From Flavobacteriales bacterium (GTDB taxonomy: Bacteria; Bacteroidota; Bacteroidia; Flavobacteriales_D; CAJJDF01), in NCBI GenBank assembly GCA_965660305.1, contig CBFHZD010000010.1, positions 5,591-69,590 of the forward strand: a DNA stretch of 64,000 bases, in the 5' to 3' direction. The stretch's first letter is position 1. Every line of letters starts with the position of its first letter. A program made the position numbers and the translations under genes. The notes under the pieces are model-generated. The model had not been told where the DNA came from, made no database searches, and saw only the letters and a program-made list of their open reading frames with translations. Positions 1-9,447 of this stretch are shown one piece after another.

Positions 1-2127
1 TATTTCCAGTTTGTTTACATGATAAGCGATGGTATCAAAATGAATTTTTACCGTGTCGCAATAAGCAACTGCTTTGTCAAAGGGATGCTCAATTTTATTG
101 GCTTTCTTTCTCATATCCAACATGGTTTCCAAATTTTTCTTCAAAGCTGTTAGATGAGTTGATAATTCTGTCAATACACTCAATTGAGTATAGCAGTTTT
201 GTTTAAATTCCTTTTCACCAAAAATCGATTTCATACCTGAAACATTTTCAAGCAATAAATTTTGATACTTCACTGCAGCAGGAATAATATGATTTTGAGC
301 CAAGTCACCTAACATTCTTCCCTCAATTTGAATTTGCAATTGATACATTTCCAACTGAATTTCCTGCCTTGCATGGTATTCTACTTCTGTAAAAACTCCC
401 ATTTCAGAGAATAAATCAACATACTTCTTTTCTGATACTTTTTGTACAGCTCTTGGTGTGTCCTTTAAATTAGAAAGCCCTCTTTTTTCAGCCTCTTTCA
501 CCCACTCTTCTCCATACCCATTACCTTCAAATCTAATAATCTTTGATTCTTTAATTAACTTCTGAATTTCTTTCAAAATAGCCATGTCCTTCTTTTCTCC
601 TTTCTTAATTCTGGCATCTGTTGATTTTTTAAATTCCTGAAGCTGCTTTGCAATAATTGTATTCAAGGCAATCATTGGTGTAGCGCAATTTGCGGTTGAA
701 CCTACAGCTCTAAACTCAAACTTATTTCCAGTAAAAGCAAAAGGCGAAGTTCTATTTCTATCCGTATTATCAAGCATTAACTCTGGAATTTTCCCAATGT
801 TCAATTTCAAGGCTGTTTTCTCGTCTGGCGTCATCGCACCAGACTTTACGTTCTTCTCCAAGTTATCCAGCATTTTGGTTAATTGCTGCCCAATAAATAC
901 AGAAATAATTGCTGGAGGTGCTTCATGTCCACCCAAACGATGATCATTACTTGCTGTGGCAATACTAGATCTCAAAATATCCGAATAGTCGTGAATGGCT
1001 TTTATTGTGTTGACAAAAAATGTTAAGAAACGAATGTTTTCCTTCGGGTTTTTTCCTGGCTGCAATAAGTTTACTCCAGTGTTTGTAGAAAGCGACCAAT
1101 TGTTGTGTTTCCCAGAACCGTTAAGACCCGCAAAAGGTTTTTCGTGTAAAAGCACCTTGAAATTATGCTCGTCTGCCACTTTTTCCATCACATCCATCAA
1201 GAGTAAGTTGTGATCTACAGCTAGGTTAGTCTCTTCAAAAATTGGTGCACACTCAAACTGATTTGGCGCTACCTCATTGTGTCTGGTTTTTACAGGGATA
1301 CCTAATAGTAAAGATTGTTTTTCAAAATCCCTCATAAAGGCAGTGACTCTCTCGGAAATTGTTCCAAAATAATGATCGTCCAATTGTTGACCTTTAGCTG
1401 GCTTATGGCCAAAAAGTGCTCTACCTGTCATCATAATATCAGGACGTGCATTGTAAAGCGCAGAATCTATTAAAAAATATTCTTGCTCCCATCCCAAGGT
1501 TGCCTGAACTCTGTTAATATTCTTATCAAAGTACTGGCAAACTGCAGTTGCTGCTTCATCAACTTTATTCAATGCTTTTAACAAAGGCATTTTATTGTCC
1601 AAAGCTTCTCCAGTGTAGGCTATAAAAATCGTAGGAATACATAACGTTGTTCCCATAATAAATGCTGGAGAAGACGGATCCCATGCGGTATATCCTCTTG
1701 CTTCAAATGTATTTCTAATCCCTCCATTTGGAAAACTAGAAGCATCTGGTTCTTGCTGAACTAACAATTCACCTCGAAATTTTTCAATTGCTCCATTTTC
1801 TGAAGTTTCAAAAAATGCATCATGCTTTTCTGCAGTAGAACCTGTTAAGGGCTGAAACCAGTGCGTATAGTGTGTAACACCTCTTTGCAGAGCCCATTCT
1901 TTCATTGCATTTGCAACTTGGTTCGCCACCTCTCTATCAATTCGGGTACCATCACTAATTGATTTCTGAACACTTTTAAACACCTCTCCCGACACGTGAT
2001 TTCTCATTTTTTCGTCAGTGAATACGTCCCTTGCAAAAATTTCTGAGATTTTTTGTGGAGTAATCTTAATTTCTTTTGCCTTTCTACTGTTTATCGTTTC
2101 AAGAGCATTGAATCTAGTTTGAGCCAT
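1..2127 (-). CDS. glnA: Glutamine synthetase type III (GlnN-like); 3' end runs off the window start
   Basis: Absent from the ORF track because there is no stop inside the window. My minus-strand translation from the ATG at 2125-2127 reads MAQTRFNALETINSRK...VTHYTHWFQPLTGSTAEKHDAF...NGSGKHNNWS and stays open to base 1 (~709 codons). Length and motifs fit the ~730-aa GSIII of Bacteroidota. Confidence 0.9.
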   Translation of the reverse strand, partial: MAQTRFNALETINSRKAKEIKITPQKISEIFARDVFTDEKMRNHVSGEVFKSVQKSISDGTRIDREVANQVANAMKEWALQRGVTHYTHWFQPLTGSTAEKHDAFFETSENGAIEKFRGELLVQQEPDASSFPNGGIRNTFEARGYTAWDPSSPAFIMGTTLCIPTIFIAYTGEALDNKMPLLKALNKVDEAATAVCQYFDKNINRVQATLGWEQEYFLIDSALYNARPDIMMTGRALFGHKPAKGQQLDDHYFGTISERVTAFMRDFEKQSLLLGIPVKTRHNEVAPNQFECAPIFEETNLAVDHNLLLMDVMEKVADEHNFKVLLHEKPFAGLNGSGKHNNWSLSTNTGVNLLQPGKNPKENIRFLTFFVNTIKAIHDYSDILRSSIATASNDHRLGGHEAPPAIISVFIGQQLTKMLDNLEKNVKSGAMTPDEKTALKLNIGKIPELMLDNTDRNRTSPFAFTGNKFEFRAVGSTANCATPMIALNTIIAKQLQEFKKSTDARIKKGEKKDMAILKEIQKLIKESKIIRFEGNGYGEEWVKEAEKRGLSNLKDTPRAVQKVSEKKYVDLFSEMGVFTEVEYHARQEIQLEMYQLQIQIEGRMLGDLAQNHIIPAAVKYQNLLLENVSGMKSIFGEKEFKQNCYTQLSVLTELSTHLTALKKNLETMLDMRKKANKIEHPFDKAVAYCDTVKIHFDTIAYHVNKLEI

Positions 2128-2330
2128 AATTTTATTGTTTAATGAAAAATTTTAACAAATATAATTATTTTGAGGGGGGTAATAATTAATTTTATAGTAA
2201 ATCTTATCAACAACCCCCATTTTTTTATACCCAATTCTTTTGAACTTACATTTCCACTCCATTTCTGTAATAAAAAACGGGGGCTATTTTACTCTTGAAT
2301 GTTTTTATTTAAAAAAGTAATCGGTTACAT

Positions 2331-4262
2331 TTGGGAGTGAAATTAGCTGTAATCATAGTCAACTACAATGTAAAGTACTTTTTAAAGCAATGCTTGGAGT
2401 CCGTTTGCAATTCTACATGCTTAAATGAAATAGAGGTTTATTTAGTAGACAATGATTCTAAAGATGGTTCGGTGGAAATGGTTGCCACTACATTTCCCGA
2501 GGTGAAAATTATTGCCAACAAGAACAATGTTGGGTTCTCAACTGCTAATAATCAAGCTATAAAACAAACCAACGCGAAGTATGTAGTGCTTTTAAATCCA
2601 GATACTCTCGTTCAATCTGACAGTTTTGAAAAGGTAATTCGATTCATGGACGAGCATCCAGATGCAGGAGGGCTAGGTGTAAAAATGATTGATGGAAACG
2701 GAAAGTTTTTACCCGAATCTAAAAGAGGACTGCCTACTCCTGAAGTGGCTTTCTATAAAATATTTGGTTTTTCTAAACTCTTCCCTAAATCAAAAAAATA
2801 CGGACAATATCACCTAGGCTTTTTAGACCAAAATAAAACCCATAAAATAGAAGTCTTGTCGGGAGCTTTTATGGTAATGAGAAAAGAAACTCTGAACAAA
2901 GTTGGATTGCTAGATGAAGACTTCTTTATGTATGGAGAAGATATTGACTTATCTTACAGAATAACTTTAGGTGGGTATGAAAATTATTATTACCCAGGCA
3001 CTACCATCATTCACTACAAAGGAGAAAGCACAAAAAAAAGCAGTGTGAATTACGTTTATGTATTTTACAAAGCAATGGCAATATTTGCAAAAAAACACTT
3101 TGAATCCAATAAAGCGAGTTTATTTTCTAAGCTAATAAAAATAGCCATCTTCTTTAGTGCCAGCCTAGCTTTGACAAAGCGTTTTTTTTCGCTTTTCTTT
3201 TTACCAGTGATAGATTTTTGTACGGTTTTCTTTGGACTGCATATCGTCAAGACTATCTATCAAGATGACCATGGTTTGTTTCATCAACCACAACTGATCA
3301 ACGTGTCTTTCGCCATATACTCTCTGCTCATTCTGCTGGCAGTCCTATTTTCAGGTGGTTATGATCGTCCGATAAAACTTCAGAAAGTAATACAAGGTGT
3401 TGTTATCGGATCTGTGCTTACCAGTATTGTTTATGTTTTTGTCGCCAGCAATTACTATTTTAACGTCAGTAGTGCCATTCTAGGGATTCTACTCATTATG
3501 GTTGGTCTCACTGGAATTAGGTGGATGCTACATTTTTTTAAAATAAAGAAATATAGAATTAATTTTTTTAGGAAAAAGATTGCAATTATTGGAGACCAAA
3601 AAGAAAGTGATAAAGTCAACAATTTAGTGGAACATACCCAATTATACTCTTCCATAGTTGGAACAATTTCCCCAACAAATACGAACAACGAAGAATATCT
3701 TGGCGAACTAAAAGATCTCAATAAGCTTAAAGAAAAACACAAAATAAATGAGGCCATTTTTTGCGCTAAAAATGTGAATTATGATACTGTAATTCAAACT
3801 CTAATCGATTTTCAGGAAACTGACATTCAGTTCAAACTAGCTCATACACAAGATATGTTTGTCTTGGGAAGCACAGACCTAAACACATCTGGCGAACTGC
3901 ATACAATAAAGGTAATGGGCATAGAGTCCACAGAAAACAAAAGACTAAAAAGACTGTTAGACATCACTTTATCGATAAAATTTTTGGTCTTTGCTCCTGT
4001 TTTAATTCTGTTTCAGAAAAATAAATTAGTATTTATTTTTAATTGTTGGTCAGTTTTGAAAGGAGAAAAATCATGGGTAGGATATTCCAAGAAAGATGTC
4101 AGTGCTGGTCTTCCGAAAATTAAACCAGGAGTTCTTTCCATAAAAGATATCGCGAAAAACCCACTAAGCTTAGAGAGACTAAACAAAGTTTATGCAAAAG
4201 ATTATTCCATTTGGAGAGACATCTCAATACTCCAAAAAAACCTCAGTCGTCTTGGAAATTAA
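2331..4262 (+). CDS. Family-2 glycosyltransferase fused to a multi-TM, WbaP-like (polyprenyl glycosylphosphotransferase-like) C-terminal module
   Basis: N-terminus is GT2: VIIVNYNVKYFLKQCLESV, LVDNDSKDGS, NNVGFSTANN, LLNPDT, GAFMVMRK, EDIDLSYR. The middle has about 4 TM helices followed by a Rossmann-like KKIAIIGDQKE segment. The end has KRLLDITLS..FAPVLILF and SVLKGEKSWVGY..IKPGV motifs. The track start is TTG at 2331; an in-frame GTG at 2337 (giving MKLAVIIVNYN) is equally plausible. Confidence 0.75.
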   Translation: MGVKLAVIIVNYNVKYFLKQCLESVCNSTCLNEIEVYLVDNDSKDGSVEMVATTFPEVKIIANKNNVGFSTANNQAIKQTNAKYVVLLNPDTLVQSDSFEKVIRFMDEHPDAGGLGVKMIDGNGKFLPESKRGLPTPEVAFYKIFGFSKLFPKSKKYGQYHLGFLDQNKTHKIEVLSGAFMVMRKETLNKVGLLDEDFFMYGEDIDLSYRITLGGYENYYYPGTTIIHYKGESTKKSSVNYVYVFYKAMAIFAKKHFESNKASLFSKLIKIAIFFSASLALTKRFFSLFFLPVIDFCTVFFGLHIVKTIYQDDHGLFHQPQLINVSFAIYSLLILLAVLFSGGYDRPIKLQKVIQGVVIGSVLTSIVYVFVASNYYFNVSSAILGILLIMVGLTGIRWMLHFFKIKKYRINFFRKKIAIIGDQKESDKVNNLVEHTQLYSSIVGTISPTNTNNEEYLGELKDLNKLKEKHKINEAIFCAKNVNYDTVIQTLIDFQETDIQFKLAHTQDMFVLGSTDLNTSGELHTIKVMGIESTENKRLKRLLDITLSIKFLVFAPVLILFQKNKLVFIFNCWSVLKGEKSWVGYSKKDVSAGLPKIKPGVLSIKDIAKNPLSLERLNKVYAKDYSIWRDISILQKNLSRLGN

Positions 4263-4265
4263 ACC

Positions 4266-4820
4266 TTAATTATTCATCTGAAACTTCAAGTTCCCAGACT
4301 TGAAATCCTTGTAACGCAAAGCTAATACCGCCAACAATTTGGTGAAAGATTCAAAAGCTAGTTCTGTTTCATCCGAGATTTCTTTTTTCTGAATCTTTAA
4401 CGTAAGCTTTCCGTAAAGTCCAGTTAGGCAAATTTCTATATCGCTCATCCCCTCTGTTCCCGATTTATCTCTTAGTTCCTGAATGTATCCACCGGCTTCA
4501 GAATGAATTTCTTGATATTCTGTATCTTCCAAAGAAGTAAGAAGCGTATTGTGGAGAAAATTCATTTCATCCATGGTTTCATGAACTCTTGCAATATGGC
4601 CTTTTTCTTTCAGGTCATTCGATTTCATTTCTTCAATGATTTCCAGGTACCATTTTTTCACATCTTCCCGAGCTTCCTCAATTGAGGTCATTACCGAAAT
4701 GTAATGATCAAAAATATCATCAATTTTAAAATCGAAACTTCTTATAATCGTTTCTACCTGAAACATGTAGATAACATATTCAGCAATATTTTCTTTTTTC
4801 TTTTGGTTGGCTATTAACAT
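4266..4820 (-). CDS. Conserved hypothetical protein, DUF4924-like
   Basis: 184-aa ORF. The N-terminus, QKKKENIAEYVIYMFQVETIIRSF, resembles my recollection of Bacteroidota DUF4924 proteins. It shares one base (4820) with the upstream ORF. Confidence 0.5.
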   Translation of the reverse strand: MLIANQKKKENIAEYVIYMFQVETIIRSFDFKIDDIFDHYISVMTSIEEAREDVKKWYLEIIEEMKSNDLKEKGHIARVHETMDEMNFLHNTLLTSLEDTEYQEIHSEAGGYIQELRDKSGTEGMSDIEICLTGLYGKLTLKIQKKEISDETELAFESFTKLLAVLALRYKDFKSGNLKFQMNN

Positions 4821-5548
4821 TACTTGGCTACCGATGTTTGGTTTTGTGAATACTCCTTATTTATTGCATCCACGACATAATTGGAAATATCATAATTAGG
4901 GTTAGAATACAAAATTGAGCCTCCATTTTGGTAAATCAATATAAAGTCAAACCCCAGAGTTTTTGCAAAAGACTGACAAAAGGTTTGCACTTTAAGGTAG
5001 TAATTTTCCATTTCTTCTGATTTCATAATCATATACTCTTGCTCTTGCTCTTGAGAAAATTGATAAATCTTCTGTTGTAAACTCTGCTCCATTTCCAAGA
5101 TTTCATTTTGCAACTCCATCAATTTCCCCTGCTCCTGCTCCAATTGCTTGTCTGTTAGTGTTGGCGCTTTTATCGTATATTGATTCTTTTTTGATTCAAA
5201 ATCAGAAATTTTGTTTTTATAATTCCTTTCGTAAGTTCTCTTTTTTGCTTCAATATTCCCTTGTAATTCTTTCTCTTTTTTGGCAATTCTGTTTTCTACG
5301 TCTCTCAACATAGTCAATTTTTTATTCAAAGAATCATTATTTACATAAGCTATTTTGATTGGCTTAGCTGCAATATTCGAATCTAAGTTCATGAACTTCA
5401 TGAGAGAATCTTCCATCATTACAACTGGTTGTTTTGTTTCCTCAGCCACAGGCAACGGAGCATTTTTTTCTGAAGAAAAATGCAAATAAAATAACACTGC
5501 AACAGCTGCAATGAGAACAACATTAAGAATAGTTCCCGCTTGTTTCAT
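4820..5548 (-). CDS. OmpH/Skp-family periplasmic chaperone
   Basis: Signal/TM segment, KIAYVNNDSL, a long K/E/Q coiled-coil, and a C-terminal GFDFILIYQNGGSILYSNPNYDISNYVVDAINK typical of OmpH. Confidence 0.65.
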   Translation of the reverse strand: MKQAGTILNVVLIAAVAVLFYLHFSSEKNAPLPVAEETKQPVVMMEDSLMKFMNLDSNIAAKPIKIAYVNNDSLNKKLTMLRDVENRIAKKEKELQGNIEAKKRTYERNYKNKISDFESKKNQYTIKAPTLTDKQLEQEQGKLMELQNEILEMEQSLQQKIYQFSQEQEQEYMIMKSEEMENYYLKVQTFCQSFAKTLGFDFILIYQNGGSILYSNPNYDISNYVVDAINKEYSQNQTSVAK

Positions 5549-5680
5549 GATGATTAAGTTTTGATTGATTTCTGCAAATTTAATACAATCTTCAACTCTA
5601 CCAATTCGGTTTCCTTTAAAAATTATGTTTCACCTCTGGATTAACTTTTTTTAACTGAATTACACTACACTTATTTTTTG

Positions 5681-5688
5681 TAAGTTTG
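5681..5688 (+). promoter_or_regulatory. Candidate Bacteroidota sigma-A -7 box (TAAGTTTG) for coaD
   Basis: Matches the TAnnTTTG consensus and ends 38 nt upstream of the coaD ATG. No convincing -33 TTTG is visible. Confidence 0.3.
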
Positions 5689-5726
5689 GCTTAAGAATTG
5701 CATTATAAAGCCAACAAAAATAAAGT

Positions 5727-6185
5727 ATGAAACGCGCTATTTTTCCAGGATCATTTGACCCCATTACCAAAGGACACCAAGCATTGGTGATCAGAGGACT
5801 AGAACTATTCGATGAAATTATCATCGCAATTGGTTCCAATGCCAACAAAAGCTACTTGTACTCTTTGGAACAAAGAATCAGTTTTATTCAAGAAGTCTTT
5901 AAGGACGAGCCACGAGTAAAGGTTGAATCCTACGAAGGTTTAACAGTTGATTACTGCGAGAAAAAAAATGCTCAATTTATGCTGAGAGGACTTAGAACTT
6001 CTCCAGATTTTGAATTTGAACGAGCTATTTCACAAGTCAATAAAGAAATGAAACCAAATATAGAATCAGTGTTTCTGATTACTTCGGCAGAGTTATCTGC
6101 CATTAGCTCTTCTATTGTTCGAGACATCATTAAAAATAAAGGTGATGCATCTGCGTTTCTACCAAGCGAGCTTACCCTAATCTAA
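5727..6185 (+). CDS. coaD: Phosphopantetheine adenylyltransferase
   Basis: MKRAIFPGSFDPITKGHQALV (T/HxGH nucleotidyl-transferase motif), 152 aa, ISSSIVRDI near the C-terminus. Confidence 0.93.
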   Translation: MKRAIFPGSFDPITKGHQALVIRGLELFDEIIIAIGSNANKSYLYSLEQRISFIQEVFKDEPRVKVESYEGLTVDYCEKKNAQFMLRGLRTSPDFEFERAISQVNKEMKPNIESVFLITSAELSAISSSIVRDIIKNKGDASAFLPSELTLI

Positions 6186-6189
6186 TTCT

Positions 6190-7632
6190 ATGAAACTAAA
6201 TTTCATCTCCTCTTCGATTTTAATATTCCTGACTCTCCACGTATTTTCAACCCAAATAAGCGGAAAAACCTACAAACCCTTTGCAGGTAAAACAGTGAAT
6301 TTAATCGAATACACAGATTACATCACACTAACATACAAAGTGTTACAATCTACCGAAATTGACACCAACGGAAATTTTTATTTCGATTATGAAATTAGCG
6401 AAACTCAACAAGCAATTATCCAGATAGAATATCTCATTGGTATTATATACCTAGACCCTAATCAAAATTATTCTATCAAATTCCCTCCCAAATCGGAGGA
6501 CGGCACCTACAGATTAACTCGAAATAATGTAAATATTGTTTTTGATTCCATTCCTATGAATGACATCAATGGACTTATTTTGGAATATGACAGGTTGTAT
6601 GATCAATTTTTACAAGACAACAGATACAATGTTGGAAAAAAAATATTTCATTCAAAGCTCGATACCTTCAAAATAAAAACACAACATCAGTTTAATGGAG
6701 TAAAAAATTCATACTTCAAAGATTATGTACGTTACAGCATTGCAGATTTAGAGCTTGTTTCTCCTTCCTCGCACCTAAAGATTAACAAATTAGGACTTTA
6801 CAACACCCACATTGTAAATAAAAAAATCAACACAAAGCATCATGCTCAAATGAGATTTTTGTTGAATTTTTATGAAAAAACACTCAATAACCAAATAGGT
6901 AAGGTTGGAGCAAAACTTACTTCCATTCTTCAAGAAAAACCCAGTTATATTGCTCTTGATACATTGCTAAAAAAAGATTATTTTTTTAAAATGAAAGCAA
7001 TTAGAGAGTTGGTAATAGCAGAAAATTTATATTCCCTGTACTACAATCAGAACTACTCTCCCGTTGTTATGTTGGAATTGCTCAGGGAGGCAGAGCAAAG
7101 GGGTACAAGTGAGGATGTTACTTTAATCGTAAGTCAAATCATTAAAAAAATTACGAAATTAATCCCAGGAAGCACACCAGAAGAAATCAAATTGATTAAT
7201 CAAAATAATGAAATTATATCCACCTCTGATTTTAATGGGAAATATATTTATATTAATTTTTGGGCACAATGGAATAAAGAGAGCTTGGCCGAAATGGATG
7301 TGTTTACCCGCTTGAAACAAGAATATGGAGATGTCATCGAATTTATCAGTATTAATATTGATGCAAATTATAAAAAATTCGAGATGTTTTGTGCCACTCA
7401 CCCAAATTACAACTGGAACATGTTGTATTTTGGTGGGAACTCCAACCTACTGGATGCATTTAATATTTACTCCATTCCACATTATCTGCTATTGGATAAA
7501 GAAGGAAAAATTATTCAAGCGCCAGCTGACAAACCAGTTCCCGATGGAGAAAACATTTCCATTGAAAAACTGTTTTTTGATATCAAGAAAAGTGAATCTA
7601 AACCTAAACGATATAGAATTGGACAGAAGTAA
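6190..7632 (+). CDS. Secreted protein with a C-terminal thioredoxin-like (TlpA/AhpC-TSA-like) fold that lacks CxxC
   Basis: Signal peptide. The C-terminal block is GKYIYINFWAQWNKESLAEMDVF...EFISINID...YSIPHYLLLDKEGKII, where WNKES occupies the position of WCxxC. Confidence 0.55.
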   Translation: MKLNFISSSILIFLTLHVFSTQISGKTYKPFAGKTVNLIEYTDYITLTYKVLQSTEIDTNGNFYFDYEISETQQAIIQIEYLIGIIYLDPNQNYSIKFPPKSEDGTYRLTRNNVNIVFDSIPMNDINGLILEYDRLYDQFLQDNRYNVGKKIFHSKLDTFKIKTQHQFNGVKNSYFKDYVRYSIADLELVSPSSHLKINKLGLYNTHIVNKKINTKHHAQMRFLLNFYEKTLNNQIGKVGAKLTSILQEKPSYIALDTLLKKDYFFKMKAIRELVIAENLYSLYYNQNYSPVVMLELLREAEQRGTSEDVTLIVSQIIKKITKLIPGSTPEEIKLINQNNEIISTSDFNGKYIYINFWAQWNKESLAEMDVFTRLKQEYGDVIEFISINIDANYKKFEMFCATHPNYNWNMLYFGGNSNLLDAFNIYSIPHYLLLDKEGKIIQAPADKPVPDGENISIEKLFFDIKKSESKPKRYRIGQK

Positions 7633-7964
7633 AAATCAGCTGATTCAGTTGATTATTCATTGATCAAGAATATGCAATATCACTGAGACACTCTGTTAAA
7701 CATAGAGTTGTAATGCAGAAGCCAAGTTTTAATCACATAATTAAAACTTCTCGTACTCTATTCAGATTATCATTATATGGGAACTCGACCTAAGCTTATT
7801 AAGTTGGTGAAGTATTCAATAAGACAAAGCAACTACTTTTTTTCCTTTATTTGAATTTGGAGTACATCCACCTTCAAAAGTGTAAAAGTCTAAAGCACTA
7901 AGCCTAGAACGTAGTTAGACGCAACAAGAATAATAACTAAAAAATATGTTAGAAATTTAGGAGC

Positions 7965-8003
7965 AAAAAAAAGCTTCGATAGTGACAACACACCATCGAA
8001 GCT
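7965..8003 (-). terminator. Rho-independent terminator after the PD40-OmpA gene
   Basis: Arms agcttcgat (7972-7980) and atcgaagct (7995-8003). The A8 run on the plus strand gives a T-run after the stem on the minus strand. Confidence 0.65.
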
Positions 8004-8050
8004 AAATCTGTTTTATACTCTTGTTATTGACTTATAACAAGAAGGATAAA

Positions 8051-9445
8051 TTAGTAATCAAATTGAAATTCAACTCTTCTGTTTTTTGCATGAACGCTTT
8101 CAGGACATTTTGTTCCGTTATCACAATCGTTCAACAATTTGGACTCTCCATAAGCTTTTTGTGCAAGAATTTGCTTTTTACAAACACCTTTTTGCATCAA
8201 GTAGTTTGCAACTTCCTCAGCTCTTTCTTCAGATAATTTCTGATTGTATTCTTCAGTTGATTTACTATCTGTGTGAGCGCCAATAGAAACATTGATTGAT
8301 TTATTGTCTTTAAGTAAAGATGCAATTTCATCCAAAGTAGTCTTGTACTTTTCTTGAACCTCGTATGAATCGAACTTAAAGAATATCATTTTATCAATGG
8401 ATGCAAGTCTATTCTTTATCACCTCTTTAGCGTTTGCAACTGAATCTTCCAATCTCTTCTGCTCTGCAAGTTTATCCAGCTCATTCTGAATAGAATCTGC
8501 TTTCATCTTTGCCAAAGCTTCAACATCGTACATATTTATTTCATTAAATAGTGTGTCATCTAATTTAAAAAAGAACATGTCGTGATTTGTTGCTGCTGCC
8601 TTCACATTTCTTCCACTTGAAAAATATCCAGAAACATCATCTTTAAACACAATACCAAAGTCATCATGTTTTGAGTTCATGGAATTCTCAAATCTCTTAG
8701 GAGACTCTCCCTTGTCCATGTTAGCCTCAGAGATGTAATACATGTCATGGTTTGGATCGCTCGAATTTCCTTTTATCTTTTTGTTAGAAGAGAAAAACAA
8801 CATTCCTTTTCTTGCGTAAGAAAACATCTCATCAGAGGCGGTATTCACAGCATCACCAAGGTTAACTGGTTCAGAAACTCAGTTTTCACCATCAAGACTC
8901 ACGTAATATAAATCTATTCCTCCTTTGTGTCCTTCACCTTGGGCCGCAGAAAAGTATAGTCTCTTAGTGTAATCAGAATAAGTCATGTGACCTACAGAGG
9001 CACCCTCTATATTGTGATCAAACTTTTTCTTAAAAGTCATACTATTGTCATCATTCAAAGTAAAAACAAGAATTTCAAGGGTATTCACTTCAATTGACTT
9101 ACTTTCTTTTAACTGACTTTTTGAGTAAGTATTTCTAGTTAAGTAAACCTCTTTATCATCCATGTTAAAGAAAACTGGACCATCATTGTACTTTGAGTTC
9201 AAATCAGTTACAGCCTCTTCATTATCCTTTGAGTACTCTTCTCCATCAATGGCAACAGCGTACAAATCATAGAATGCACTATTACTTTTGTAAAACTGAT
9301 GATTTCTGTAAAAGTATAACCTACCATTTTGATAGTCGGCAGTTACTTCCGATAATGGACTTGAAGATATTTGATTTACATAAACTGTTTGTGAGTAAAC
9401 CAAACAGGTATTAAATATTGCGAATATAAGTGTGTATAATTTCAT
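8051..9445 (-). pseudogene. PD40 (TolB-like beta-propeller) / OmpA C-terminal-domain outer-membrane protein interrupted by one in-frame TGA (8879-8881)
   Basis: Track ORFs 8879..9490 and 8051..8848 are in the same frame, with 30 nt between the stop and the GTG. Read-through gives ...YYVSLDGEN*VSEPVNLGDAVNTASDEMFSYARKGMLFFSS... The C-terminus is an OmpA domain: AHTDSKSTEEYNQKLSEERAEEVANYL...NRRVEFQF. The likely true start is the ATG at 9443-9445 (MKLYTLIFAIFNTCLVYSQ signal peptide). Confidence 0.7.
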
Positions 9446-9447
9446 AA

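Noticed and set aside
995-1213. 72-aa plus-strand ORF, the only track ORF in the first 2.1 kb
   Set aside because: It lies antisense within the type III glutamine synthetase reading frame. That frame is missing from the track only because it has no stop inside the window.
8879-8881. Possibility that TGA encodes Trp genome-wide (translation table 4/25) or selenocysteine
   Set aside because: Long genes across the window are intact under table 11, and some genes end in TGA (e.g. 32529-32531, 42595-42597). I saw no SECIS-like hairpin immediately downstream, and Cys is not expected at that position in homologues.
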